A stretch of 64,000 nucleotides of DNA from Rhynchopus sp. YZ270_cl-10. Lineage: Eukaryota. Positions 1 through 14,600 of the stretch are shown here, in pieces. Numbering within the stretch: position 1 is the first letter of the stretch; every line of letters begins with the position of its first letter. Location of the stretch: contig OZ037833.1 of the NCBI GenBank assembly GCA_964035575.1, positions 1,240,001 through 1,304,000 on the forward strand. The letters are read 5' to 3'. The position numbers were made by a program, and so were the translations under genes. The notes beneath the pieces are model-generated. The model was not told where the DNA came from, did no database searches, and was given only the letters and a program-made list of their open reading frames with translations.

Positions 1-824
1 TCAAAGTTTTTTGCGACTGGTACTCTAAGCAGACAATTGGTGTAATAGGTTTACCCGACAAAGTTACACCAAGGCTGTGGTCAGACGGTCTAAGAACAAA
101 GTGAACGTGCAGATACCTCAGCTCTTGTCTCTTATCAGCCAGGACTGCGAAAACAGCGATAACAAGTTGCAGCGATAATGATTTCTCTTCCGTACTGAAG
201 TTTGCGTGTGAGAAACACTCCCGTACGTAGCCGTGGCAGTTGAAGTTATGCCAATGGTAGGATCGATAAGTTCATGAGACGGGCAAATCGGAGAACCAAC
301 TTCGGGACGGCTCATACGAAGCCGTGCGAGAACAATTTGAGAAGATCAGCGTAGTTTTTTCCCCGCAGGGGAAAAAAATTTTCTTCATTACATCAAGCAC
401 TAGTAAAAATTTCATTTTTTTTTTGGGGGGGAAATGTACCCCCTGAGGCCCAAAAACCCAGAATCCTGGATAAAACCCTGCTGATTTCGGGAAAATAAAA
501 AAAATCCCTGAAAAAAAATCCCTGTTTTTCCCTACAGCAATTTCAGGTACATTCTACCCCACCCCACCCCCAGAGAGTTTCGCCTGTGGGATGCGATCGA
601 TCAACGCGATCAAATAAAGCGAAAAAGGGGAAAAGGAAAAAAAAAAAAAGTTCCGGGTTTTTGAGGAAAAAATTGGCTCTGCAGGCGGTTGCTGTAGTTG
701 TGGGTGCGGATGTTCGCGTCAGTTGCAGGCAAGCGTCCAGCATCAGAGACATTTGAGGTGGTGCACAAAAAGACGTGTCAATCGCATTCAATTATGAGGG
801 TTGAAAGACGGAGGAGATCTCACA

Positions 825-1084
825 TGTTGCGTACCGTGGCTTCGCCAGGAACCTTTGGGTGCCATGACCGCCGTTTCTTTCATAAATGTACCGAGGTTAC
901 TGATAAGGCTGACACACACTACGTATTGTGGTTCACCCCTCCCCACCTGCCTTTTGTGCATCAGAGGGGAGAAAGCGCCACGCCTCCCTGCACTGGCAGG
1001 GAGTCGCGCGCGCGAAGCGCACGCAGCGACCGCTTTTACGGGGGGAAAGCTCGGGACCCCAAATCACCCCCGGCGAGAGCCCTG
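825..1084. repeat. ~260-bp diverged repeat, copy 1 (copy 2 at 1777-2069; the 5' 21 bp recur at 1663)
   Basis: Starts TGTTGCGTACCGTGGCTTCGC and ends GGCGAGAGCCCTG. Colinear with 1777-2069 apart from substitutions and indels. Contains GCGAAGC hairpins. Confidence 0.9.
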
Positions 1085-1374
1085 ACGACATAGCGGGAAA
1101 ATTTTTTTTCCCCCCACAAAAAAGTCAAAAAACAGCCCAAAAACTACACCAAAAAAACAGGGAATTTTTTGGATTGGGATTTCGGAATTTGGCCAAAAAG
1201 GGACGGATTTAGAGATATCCTTGCTCATCGTTCCATCGTTACAGGGGAAAAAGGTAGCATCATTCTGGGGTGGCCCGGGGGTACGGCGAAGTGTCGTTTT
1301 CTGGTTTTTCGGAGAAAATCACAAACAAGTCACAACAGAATGAAAAAGAATTTTGTCATTTTTTGTGATTTTAT

Positions 1375-1424
1375 TTGAAAACTTGGTTGTATCAGTGTAG
1401 TCACTCGAGGATGCACTCCACATA
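1375..1424 (-). repeat. ~52-bp dispersed mini-element, family 1
   Basis: Reverse complement reads TATGTGGAGTGCATCCTCGAGTGACTACACTGATACAACCAAGTTTTCAA, matching six other copies in the window. Confidence 0.85.
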
Positions 1425-1776
1425 GTAGACTAAACACTTCTACGGGATACCTGAGTGGCACCATTCCATCATTTGCGAGGCCATGTGGGCAGCCAATCCG
1501 ATGTTGGGCGGCGGCGGCTTGGTCTTACGCGCCTTGAGAGGCGACTCAAAAAAAGTAGCGTACCGTGCGCCTGCGGCGCAAATTTGCAACCCATCCTTCC
1601 CATGACATAGTTTGGCAGTAAAAATGCGCAATTTTAAGCGCATTTTTTTTTTCTTCTTGAAATGTTGCGTACCGTGGCTTCGCTAGAAACTTCCGTTTTA
1701 GCACGGAAGTAAAATTTGCGGAAACTGACGTTAATTACCAACGACAGTGCCATTTTACGGCAACATTTTTTAGAAA

Positions 1777-2641
<865 letters not shown>

Positions 2642-2650
2642 TGAGAGAAG

Positions 2651-5600
2651 ATGGCGATGCGGCAGGTAGTGCTGCTGTCTGTGGCTGTGGCAGGCCACGC
2701 AGCATGCACGGACTATGGGAACGACGCGACGGCGTGCGGTGCTGACGCGGCGTGTCTGTGGAACCCTGTGTGGTATCCTGATCTGTGCACGGAGGATCCG
2801 TGCAGGGCACAGGTGGGTTCGTCGGACTGTGGGACGACGTCTGTGGAGATGCCGGTGGCGACGTGCCAGGCGCCAGCTGGGGACCCAGACTTCTGCAAGG
2901 TGGAGGTGTGCCAGTACGACTTGGCGCTGTCCCCACGGTGCCACGTGAAGAACTGCCTGTTCTTCTCGCAGGGGACGTGTGGAGGGAGCTGCAAGTGGGA
3001 GACGACAACGGACGTGTCGAACAAGCGCCCGTCGGAGCAGATGGTCTACTGTGTGGAGGACCACTGTGTGGGACAGGGGTCGCAGACGGCGTGCGAGGGG
3101 CAGAACGGGTGTGCGTGGAAAAGCGGGTCCTGTGGGATGACGGACTGTGCGAACCACGCTGACGAGAAGGACTGCGACCACGACCTGAGCTGCCACTACG
3201 ACAACGCGGCAGGGTTCTGCAAGACGACAGCGTGTGCACCGACAACAAACTCGGTTGCCTGTACGTCGGACAACGCGTGCATGTGGAACGACGTTGACAA
3301 GGTTTGTGTGCCGAAGACGTGCGACAAGCACAACCTGCCGACGGCGGACAGGTGTGCGTGTAGCGACGACCCGGACTGCAAGTGGCACATCGGAACCTCG
3401 GGGAGCTACTGTGTGGACCCTCTGTACGACGCATGCCCGGACCTGGATATCGCCTTTGTGCTGGACGGGTCTGGTTCGATGTCGCGTTCCTTCGGAAACC
3501 ACAACCACGGGTTCTACGGTCTGCTTGAGATCATGCGTGACTGGATGATGACTGTGCCGCTGACGGGAGACGACCACACGATGGGTGCAAACATCGACTC
3601 GAAGGGGAAGGGGTTCCGTATCACCTTCATCCAGTTCTCGAAGGCAGACGCAAGACCCGATGAGGACCACCCAACGAACTGTGCCATTGGTGCCTGCACG
3701 GCGGGACACCTGTCCGGACGCAGAGACGAGCTGAACGGAGACATCGACTGGCACGAGGACAACTACCAGTCGCAGTGGACGTACATGCACGAGGCCCTGC
3801 AGGACGTGGCGGACAACACGTTCACCGCGTCGCAGAGCCCGTCGTGGAGAGACCACGTGGTGATCATCATTGCTGACGGAGGTATCACAGACAACGACGG
3901 TGACGCGTGCTGCCCGTGGGCGTGTGGAGACAGACGTTGCATTGACAGGAACTGGCGGTCGACGTACCCCGCAGCACTGGTGAAGGCGCAGGAGGACCTG
4001 CGTTCTGAGAACGTGCAGGTGTTCGGTGTTGTGATGCGCCGGTTCTCGCAGCACACCTTCCAGGACGACAACGCAGAGGCGAAGCTGACACCGCTTGTGA
4101 CGGAGCCCACGAGCGAGCACTTCATGAACCTGATGCTTGACGAGATCCAGGACGAGATGCTGCTGAAGCTGTGCGACCCGAACAGCGTGTTTGGAAAGAC
4201 TCTCTCGAAGCCTGCTGTGACAAGCGCATGTCTGGCGAAGGCGCAGGCGGACTGCGAGTCGACGTCGTACTGCGTGTACGACGTGGCCCTGGGGTCGTGC
4301 ACGGAGTCTGTGTGCTTCCCTCTGTGCGATGAGCAGAACTGCATTGCGAACGACGCGTGCCAGTGGACTGCTGCTGACGGACGGTGTGACCCGAAGCCGC
4401 CAGGCTGCACGGCCCTGTCGCAGACGGAGTGCAAGAACGACCCGACCTGTCTGTGGGACACTGTGTGGAACAAGGGGGACAACTGCGTGGACAACCCGTG
4501 TATCAAGGTTGACGGGTCGACGGCGTGCAACGGTCACGTGGAGCCGGTGCAGACGTGCACAGCAGACCCGACGAACCCCGACAAGTGCGACCTGGAGACG
4601 TGCGCATACGATGCGGCGACGAACAAGTGCGAGGTGAAGAAGTGTCTTGAGGACGAGGACGGACGCTGCACGACGAACACCGACTGTGAGTGGGTGAAGC
4701 CTGCTGGGTCACCGGCAACAACGACACCGTCGACGCTGGTTGGCTACTGTGACGAGAAGATCTGCACGACGACGGATCAGGCCAAGTGTGACGCAGACCC
4801 GCTGTGCAAGTGGGACACTGACAAGTGTGTGACGTCGGAGTGTGCAAAGAACAGGAACGAGAAGGACTGCGACCAGAACCCGAAGTGCCACTGGGACCTG
4901 ACACTGGACCCACAGGGGTGCAAGGAGGAGCCGTGCCAGCTGCTCACAGACACTGCGACGTGCACCGGGTCCCCCGACAACTGCATGTGGACGGACACGG
5001 ACACGTGTGTGCCGAAGAACTGCGACCACTACACGACGAAGTGCGACTGTGAAAAGGATACCGACTGTGCCTGGCACCACGGGCCTGGTGGGTCGTACTG
5101 CAGCGTGCCGCGTTACAGCACCTGCCCGGACCTGGACATTGCCTTTGTGCTGGACGGGTCTGGTTCGATGTCGCGTTCCTTCGGAAACCACGCACACGGG
5201 TTCTACGGTCTGCTTGAGATCATGCGTGACTGGATCAAGGACGTGCCGCTGACGGGAGACGACCACACGATGGGTGCAAACATTGTCTCGAAGGACGCTG
5301 GGTTCCGCATCACCTTCATCCAGTTCTCGAAGGCAGACGCAACACCCGCAGAGGACCACCCAACGAACTGTGCCATTGGTGCCTGCACGGCGGGACACCT
5401 GTCCGGACGCAGAGACGAGCTGAACGGAGACATCACCTGGCACGAGGACAACTACCAGTCGCAGTGGACATACCTGCACGCAGCCCTGCAGGACGTGGCG
5501 GACAACACGTTCACCGCGTCGCAGAGCCCGTCGTGGAGAGACCACGTGGTGATCATCATTGCTGACGGAGGTATCACAGACAACGACGGTGACGCGTGCT

Positions 5601-8600
5601 GCCCGTGGGCGTGTGGAGACAGACGTTGCATTGACACCCAGCACAGAGACGAGTACAAGGGGATGCTTGTGACGGCGCAGCAGGACCTGCGTGACGAGGA
5701 CGTGCAGGTGTTCGGTGTTGTGATGCGCCGGTTCTCGCAGCACACCTTCCAGGACGACAACGCAGAGGCGAAGCTGACACCGCTTGTGACGGAGCCCACG
5801 AGCGAGCACTTCATGAACCTGATGCTTGACGAGATCCAGGACGAGATGCTGCTGAAGCTGTGCGACCCCGACAGCGTGTTTGGAAAGGTGCTTGTGTCGA
5901 AGGAGCCTGAATGCGTTGGGAACCTTGCGGAGGACGAGTGCACGGCTGACAAGGCCTGTGTGTGGGACACCACTGTGTGCAAGAACTCTGAGTGCTACCC
6001 ACACTGCGACGAGCAGACGTGTCTGACGAACCCGGCGTGTGCGTGGAACAACGGCCAGTGCGAGGAGGACCCCGGGTGTGTGAAGCACACTGACTCGACG
6101 GCCTGCAAGAACGACCCGAAGTGTCTGTGGGACGCTGTGTGGAAGAAGGGGGACAACTGCGTGGACAACCCGTGTGTCGACGTGGCAAAGGACGACTGTG
6201 CTGCAGTGGGTGCGACTGTGGACCCGTGCACACCGCCGACTGGCGACCCGGATTTCTGCAAGCTGGATGTGTGCCACGTTACGACAGGTGACGTCTGCGA
6301 GGTGAAGAAGTGTCTTGAGGACGAGGACGGACGCTGCACGACGAACACCGACTGTGAGTGGGTGCCGGCGAACCCGCTTCCGACGAACCCACCGACTTCG
6401 ACGAAGGTTGGATACTGTGACGAGAAGCTGTGCACGACGACGGACCAGGCCAAGTGTGACGCAGACCCGCTGTGCAAGTGGGACACTGACAAGTGTGTGG
6501 AGACGCCCTGTGCGAAGCACAAGAACGAGAAGGACTGCGACCAGGACGGGACATGTGGCTGGGTTGCGACGCAGGACCCGCAGGTGTGCGTGGAGCACGA
6601 GTGCGCGGTGCACGACAACACGATGCAGTGCGAGGCGGACGACAACTGCATGTGGGCGAACGTGTTCGGTAAGGACCAGTGTGTGCCGAAGACGTGCGAG
6701 AAGCACGACTTCAAGTGTGACTGCGAGAAGGACCCAGACTGCAAGTGGCACCACGGACAGGGAAGTGCGCAATGTGTTGCGACTGCGTACGACACGTGCC
6801 CGGACCTGGACATTGCCTTTGTGCTGGACGGGTCTGGTTCGATGTCGCGTTCCTTCGGGTCGCACGCACACGGGTTCTACGGGATGCTTGAGATCCTGCG
6901 TGACTGGGTCAAGGACGTGCCGCTGACGGGGGACGACCACACGATGGGTGCAATGATCGACTCGAAGGGGAAGGGGTTCCGTGTGACCTTCATCCAGTTC
7001 TCGATGGCAGACGCAACACCCGCAGATGACCACCCGACAGGCTGTGCGGTTGGTGCCTGCACGGACGGACACCTGTCCGGACGCAGAGACGAGCTGAACG
7101 GAGACATCACCTGGCACGAGGACAACTACCAGTCGCGCTGGACATACCTGCACGCAGCCCTGCAGGACGTGGCGGACAACACGTTCACCGCGTCGCAGAG
7201 CCCGTCGTGGAGAGAGCACGCAGTGATCATCATTGCTGACGGAGGGCTGACCGACTACGACGGTGACGCGTGCTGCCAGACACGCTGTGGGGACAGACGC
7301 TGCGTGGACAGAGGCTTCAAGTCGACGTACCCGGCGATGCTGGACAAGGCGCAGGGAGACCTGCGTTCTGAGGACGTCATGGTGCTTGGAGTGGTGATCC
7401 GCCGATTCTCGCAGCACACCTTCCAGGACGACAACGCAGAGGCGAAGCTGTCGCCGCTTGTGACTGCGCCGACGAGCGACCACTTCATGAACGTGATGTT
7501 GGAGGAGCTGAAGGAGACGGTGCTGATGAAGCTGTGCGACGACACATCGAAGTTTGGGCAGGCTCTGGGACGGGCGACCGGCTGCCCGCAGTTCCTGAAC
7601 GAGCAGGACTGCAAGCTTGACAAGGCGTGTACGTGGGGGGCGACGGCGGTGTGTGAGGACTCTGAGTGTTACGCAAACTGCGAGGAGACTGACTGCACAA
7701 AGAACCCGAAGTGCCAGTTCGACCCCACGGGCAAGATCTGTACGGAGAAGGAGACCTGCGCTGACAAGGACGTGGCAGACTGCAAGGACGACAAGAACTG
7801 CTTGTGGGACGTTGTGTGGGGGAAGGACACCTGTGTCGACAACCCGTGTGTGGACCCGACAGACGAGGACAAGTGCCACGACGTCACCGCGACTGTGCCG
7901 AACCCGTGCACACCGCCTGCAGGCAACCCCGACTACTGCGACCTGGACGTGTGTCTGTTTGACAAGACCGGGGACCTGTGCGAAGTGCAGAAGTGTCTGC
8001 ATGACGACCAGGTCAGGTGTGAGAAGGAGGACGACTGTGAGTGGAACCCGCCATCTACCGTGCCGCTTCCGACCGGCCCGCCGTCGACACTGATTTCCTG
8101 GTGCAAGCCGAAGGAGTGTGTGCACACGACCCAGGACCTGTGTCTCGCAGACGACGTGTGTGAGTGGAACAACGGTGTGTGCATCGAGGATGAGTGTGTG
8201 AAGCTTCCCGACGAGAAGGAGTGCGACGCGAACCCGAAGTGCCACATGGACACGTCGACGGTGCCAGAGAAGTGCAAGAAGACGGAGTGTGCGAAGTGGG
8301 ACACACAGATGCCGTGTGACGCCGATGCGAAGTGCATGTTCAACGCCGCCAACGTGTGTGTGCCGAAGACATGTGAGAAGCACGGAGCACGGTGCGACTG
8401 CCAGGAGGACCCCGACTGTGCCTGGCACCACGCCGGTGCGCAGTCTGCGTGCACGTCGCCACACTTTGACGCGTGCCCGGACATGGACATTGCCTTCCTC
8501 ATTGACGGGTCTGGTTCGATGCAGCGCAGGTTTGGTGCACACGCACACGGCTTCTACGGGATGATTGAGATGATGCGTGACTGGGTCAAGACTGTGCCGC

Positions 8601-11600
8601 TGACGGGCACCGACCACACTGTGGGCGCAACCATCCCGCAGAACACACCCGGAATGCGTGTGACCTTCATCCAGTTCTCGAAGGCAGACGCACGCCCGGA
8701 CGAGGACCACCCGTCAGGCTGCGCCATCGGTGCCTGCACGGACGGTCTGCTCTCCGGTATGCGCGAGGAGTTGTTTGGAGACCTGGACTGGCACGAGGCA
8801 AACTACCAGTCGCAGTGGACGTACCTGCACGACGCACTGAACGACGTGGCAGACCACACCTTCCTTGCGTCGCAGAGCCCGGCGTACAGAACCCACGTTG
8901 TTGTGATCATTGCGGACGGAGGACTGACGGACTACGACGGTGACGCGTGCTCGAACGGGTGCGGGAAGTGGTACGGGAAGGACAGGAACTGGAAGTCTCG
9001 TTACCAGGACTCGCTGCTGGAGGGCCAGCAGAAGCTGCGTGACGAGGATGTTACTGTGTTCGGTGTGGTTGTGCGTCGCTACGCTGCACACACGTTTGCG
9101 GACGAGAACGCAGAGGTGAAGCTGAAGCCTCTGATCAGTGACCCACGTGACGAGCACTTCATGAACGTGGAGATGGACAACCTGAAGATTGATGTGCTGG
9201 ACCAGCTGTGCGAGAAGTCGAGCACGTTTGGGAAGATCATTGCGAAGACGCTTGCGACGTGCGCAGACCTTGTGGGTCAGGCGGCGTGCGAGGGTGACGA
9301 CGGCTGTGTGTGGGCGGACCCCACATGCAGCAAGTCGGTGTGCTACGACCTGTGCACGGAGGAGAAGTGCGACACGAACCCGCTCTGCACGTGGACCGGA
9401 CCAAACGCCCCGGATGAGTGCACGCTGATCCCGCTGACACCGGTGCCGCCGACGCCGGCACCAGCAACGCTTGCGCCACCGACACCTGTGCCGGAGACAG
9501 CAGCACCGCCAACACAGCCGCCAGCAACGTCTGCGCCGCCAACACCTGCACCGCCAACAGACGTGCCCGAGACACCGGCACCACCGACAATTGCACCGAC
9601 CGCTGTGCCGACACCTGCGCCGCCAGTGGACGAGTGTGAGGATGCGTCGACGAAGAAGGTGTGCGAGGATGCGGGACAGACGTGTGTGGACCCGAACCAG
9701 CAGAACCCAGATGACTGGAAGTGTGTGTGCCCGCCACCGAGCACGGCGTCGCTTGTGGGGGCGGCTGCGAAGGACTGCATGTTTGACGAGTGCAGCCTGA
9801 ACAGTATGACATGCCAGACTGTGGGACAGACGTGTGTGGACCCGGAGAAGGAGAAGCCGGACTCGTGGAAGTGCGAGTGTGTGCCGCCGCAGACGCTTGT
9901 GGGGGCACCGGTGAACGGGAAGCCTGCTATCTGCAAGGACCCGCCGGGCGACTGTGAGACGTTTGGAGACATCTGCCACGTTGCGGGGCAGTCGTGCACG
10001 ACAGGGACGGCGCTCGACAAGAAGGTTGTGTGCGAGTGCATTCCGCCAGCAACCGGAACACCCGGACAGCACGTGCCTGCAGTGTGCGAGCTTGACGAGT
10101 GCAAGGCTGTGTGCCCGACGTGTGCACAGACTGACTCATCGCCGACGAACAAGTGCGAGGACGCGGGACAGGACTGCGAGGACCTGAACCTGGGACACCT
10201 GAAACTTGGGGACTGGCAGTGCAAGTGCAGGACGCCGTACACGGGGTCGAAGGTGACGGCACCTGCAGTGTGTGAGCTGGACGAGTGCAAGGCTGTGTGC
10301 CCGACGTGTGCGAGCACGGCACAGGGGACGCAGAACCTCTGCGAGGAGAAGGGGCAGACGTGTGTGGAGAAGAGCCTGACGACGGTGAGCGACTGGGAGT
10401 GCCACTGCGTGGACCCGAAGGTGGGGACGGCACTGACGGCTGTTGCGGACTGCGAGGAGGACGAGTGCAGGACGAGAGAGCAGATCTGTGTTGGGGCCGG
10501 ACAGTCGTGTGTGGATGTGGACCACAAGGCTGCGGCGTCGTGGGAGTGTGTGTGCCCGCCGCCGTCGAACTCGACACAGGTTGCTGGTGTGGCCGTGTGC
10601 GAGGTGGACGAGTGCACGCTGGCCGACATCAAGAAGGTGTGCGAAGACAGCCACCAGGTCTGTGTGGACACGGACATCACGTCGCTCGGAAACTGGGAGT
10701 GCCACTGCGTGGCGCCTGCACACGGAACTGCGCCGCAGCACGCGGTGGCGTCGTGCTCGCTGGACGAGTGTGCGGTGAAGTGCCCGACGTGTGCCGACAA
10801 GGACAACGGGAACGGGAACGTGTGCACGGCTGCAGGTCAGCTCTGCGAGGACCCGCAGCCGACACACACGAACCTGAACGACTGGCTCTGCAAGTGCCCG
10901 CCGCCAAGCACAAAGACTGCGGTGACGACGACTGTGGCAGATTGTCGGGACGGGTTTGACGAGTGTGTGGAGCGGTCGGACGCTGTGCAGTGCAAGCACA
11001 CCCCGCGGTACTCGCTGGACGGGTGTCTGTGCCAGTGTGGATGGACGAGCGACGAGTTCAAGCAGACGGAGCCATGCACGGACGGATGCTGCAACCCGAT
11101 GCACGAGAAGTCGTCGTGGTGCCTTGTGGACACGGCGGACGACTACAACAAGAACAAGCCGCACTGCCTTGCGGAGTCGAAGCAGTTCTGTCTGTCTGCG
11201 GGCCAGGTCCCGGCTGACGGGGGCAGGCCGCTGCGCGACCCGATTCCCGGAATCCCGAACGGGCAGACGAACGTGTGCACGGATGTGGGGCAGAAGTGTG
11301 TGGACCCGGATGAGAAGACGGAGAAGGACTGGTGGTGTGAGTGCGTGCTCCCGAAGACCGGGCCGAAGGGTCTGCAGAGCCCTGCGGTGTGTGAGGAGGA
11401 CGAGTGCGTGACGCACGGGGCTGTGTGCACGAACGCTGGACAGAAGTGTGTTGACGCGGACCACGGTGCGTTGATGAACTGGCAGTGCGAGTGTGTTGTG
11501 GGCCCCCCGAAGACGGGTGCGCAGGGCGTTGCGGTGTGCGAGATTGACGAGTGCATTGAGATCTGCCCGACGTGTGCGACCGACAACGGAACTAATGTGT

Positions 11601-14600
11601 GCGCAGAGGCTGGGCAGGACTGTGCAGACCCGAACACTGCCGGGACGAGCCTGAACGACTGGACGTGCAAATGCCGCGCGCCGAGCCAGGGCACCGCTGT
11701 CGGCGGCCCTGTGGCGAAGTGTCTGCTGGACGAGTGCGCGGAGCCGCCCCCAGGTGTGCCCTGCCCAACATGCGCGAAGGGGGCGTGTGGGGACCAGACG
11801 TGCGAGGACCCGGACCAGTCGCCGACGTCGACGAACGACTGGCGTTGTGTGTGTCTGCCGCCGTCGAACACGGTGGCGATTGGGAACCGTGCGGAGTGCG
11901 AGATTGACGAGTGCGACGGGAAGGTGTGCGCGCTGGGGCAGCACTGCTACGACCCTGACCTGACTGCGCCGGACACGTGGCAGTGTGAATGCCTCGCGCC
12001 TGCGACCGGGACCCAGCTCATGGGTAACGCGACGTGTGAGGAGGACGAGTGCCAGGAGCACGAGGAGGTGTGCATGCGTGCCGGGCAGTCGTGCACGGAC
12101 CCGAACAAGCAGGTGCACGACAACTGGCTGTGCGAGTGCATTGCACCGGACCTGGGTTTGGCGGGGGCGCAGAAGCCCGCAGAGTGCAAGCCGTCGGAGG
12201 AGTGCAAGGACAACACCCTGTGCACTGGTGCCGGACAGCACTGTGTGGACCCGAACGCAGCGGTGCTGGACGACTGGGAGTGCCAGTGCATTGCGCCGCT
12301 GAAGGGAACGCCTGTGACGAAGGGGATTGCCGACTGCAAGATTGACGAGTGCCTGGAGGTGTGCCCGACGTGCGCAAAGCAGGCGGGGGCGACAACGCAG
12401 GTGTGCGAGCTGCACGGGCAGACGTGTGAGGAGCCGGACATGAAGACGCTGAACGACTGGAGCTGTGTCTGTGTGGCGCCTGCGACGGGCACACCCGGAG
12501 TGACGGCACCCGCAAACTGCCTTTTGGACGAGTGCGTGGCGGACTGCGACCACTGTGCAGTGAAGACGTGCTCGGACAAGGGGCAGCTGTGCGAGGACCC
12601 GAACACGGACCCGAAGTACAAGCGCGACTGGCTGTGCAAGTGCCCTCCGCCGTCGACGAACACGATGACCAACGGGGCGGTGGCGACATGCATGTACGAC
12701 GAGTGCAGCGCACCGGGGAACAAGGACGTGTGCGGGACGGACCAGCTGTGTGTGGACACGAACCAGGAGGAGGAGGGAACCTGGGAGTGCTCGTGCCCGG
12801 CACCGTACAGTGGGTCGGCAGCACAGGCGGCTGTTGGAAAGTGCTCGCTGAACGAGTGCTCGACGAAGTGCAGCGGGTGTGCGGACAAGGACAACGGCCA
12901 GGGGAACGTGTGCGCACAGCAGGACCAGACCTGCGTGGACCCGGACATCCACAACGACGGGGACTGGTACTGCCAGTGCAAGGTGGGGACTGGGCTGGCT
13001 GTCGGGAAGCCCGTTGTGCTGTGCGTGCTTGACGAGTGTGCTGTGGCATGCCCGACGTGTGCGGACACCGGAGGTGGGAACCTGTGCACGAAGGAGGGAC
13101 AGACGTGCAAGGACGTGAACACTGCGGCAGACTCGAAGGGGGACTGGGAGTGCCGCTGCCCGCCGCCGTTTGAGGAGAAGTTTGTGAAGGCTGGGCTGGC
13201 GGTGTGCAGTGTCGACGAGTGTGCGGACATGCTGGGCGGGAAGGTGAACGGGGCTGTGTGTGTGGACAACGGGCAGCTGTGCCACGACTCGCACCTCGAC
13301 ACGCTGAACGACTTTGACTGCGTGTGCCCGCCACCGCGCCACGGAACGAAGACAGGAGCACCTGCAGAGTGTGTGAAGGACGAGTGCCTGCTGCACGAGG
13401 ATGTGTGCAAGGGGGCAAACCAGACCTGTCTGGACATCGACACCCAGGTGGACAACAACTGGGAGTGCCTGTGCGCGCCGCCGTCGTCGAGCACGCAGCT
13501 GATGGGGGCCGCTGTGTGCGAGGTGGACGAGTGTGTGGAGAACAGACGCATCTGCGAGGGTGCGTCGCCGCCGCAGGAGTGTGTCGACGTGGACCGCACC
13601 CGTCTGAACGACTGGGAGTGCAGGTGCCAGACGCCGGCGTCGGGAACTGCTGTGGCTGCTGCTGCCTCGTGTGTGCTGGACGAGTGCGTGGCGACGTGCG
13701 CAACGTGCGAGAAGGACCTGTGCACAGGGGCAGGACAGACCTGTGTGGACCCGAACACAGCGTTTGGAAGCCAGAACGACTGGGAGTGTGTGTGCCCGGC
13801 GCCGTCGTCTGTGACTGCGAAGGTGTCTGTGGCGGAGTGCCCTGTCGACGAGTGCGTGGGACACGGCTACGTGTGCCAGGCCGCACACCAGTCGTGTGTG
13901 GACCCGAACCACGGGGCGGCAAGCCTTGGAGACTGGGAGTGCCACTGCCTGACACCTGCGACAGGGGCGGCAATTGCAGGAGTGGCGGCATGCACTGTGG
14001 ACGAGTGCACGAACCACGGCCACGTGTGCACGGGACACGGACAGACGTGTGTCGACCCCGACAAGAGTGCGGACGTGCTGCACGACTGGGAGTGCCACTG
14101 CGAGCCCCCGGCCACACAGACGGCAGTGGCGGCAGCAGCTGAGTGCGTGCACGAGGGAGAGTGCAAGGACCCTGTGAAGGCTGGTGTCTGCGAGAGCCGT
14201 GGGCAGATCTGCGAGGACCCGGACATGACGATCCTGGACGACTGGCGCTGCCTGTGCACGCCGCCGAGCCACGGTCTGCTGAAGGTTGCAGGGCCGGCGT
14301 TCTGCATCCTCGACGAGTGTGTGGACTCGTGTGCGACGTGCGCGAAGGACGTGTGCAAGGCAGCGGGACAGACGTGCGTGGATGAGAACCAGGACTCTGT
14401 GCTTGGGCTGAACACATGGGAGTGCAGGTGCATTGCACCCTCGTCTGGGTCGAAGGTCGCAGGTGCGGCGGTGTGTGTGGAGGACGAGTGCTCGTCGCAC
14501 GCGTCGACCTGCACGGGTGCGGGACAGGACTGCGTCGACCCGTCGACAACAACCAAGGGAGACTGGCGTTGCGAGTGCAAGCAGCCGTCGACTGGGACAG

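Noticed and set aside
1..350. Possible decayed coding fragment
   Set aside because: Stops in all frames and no identifiable motif.
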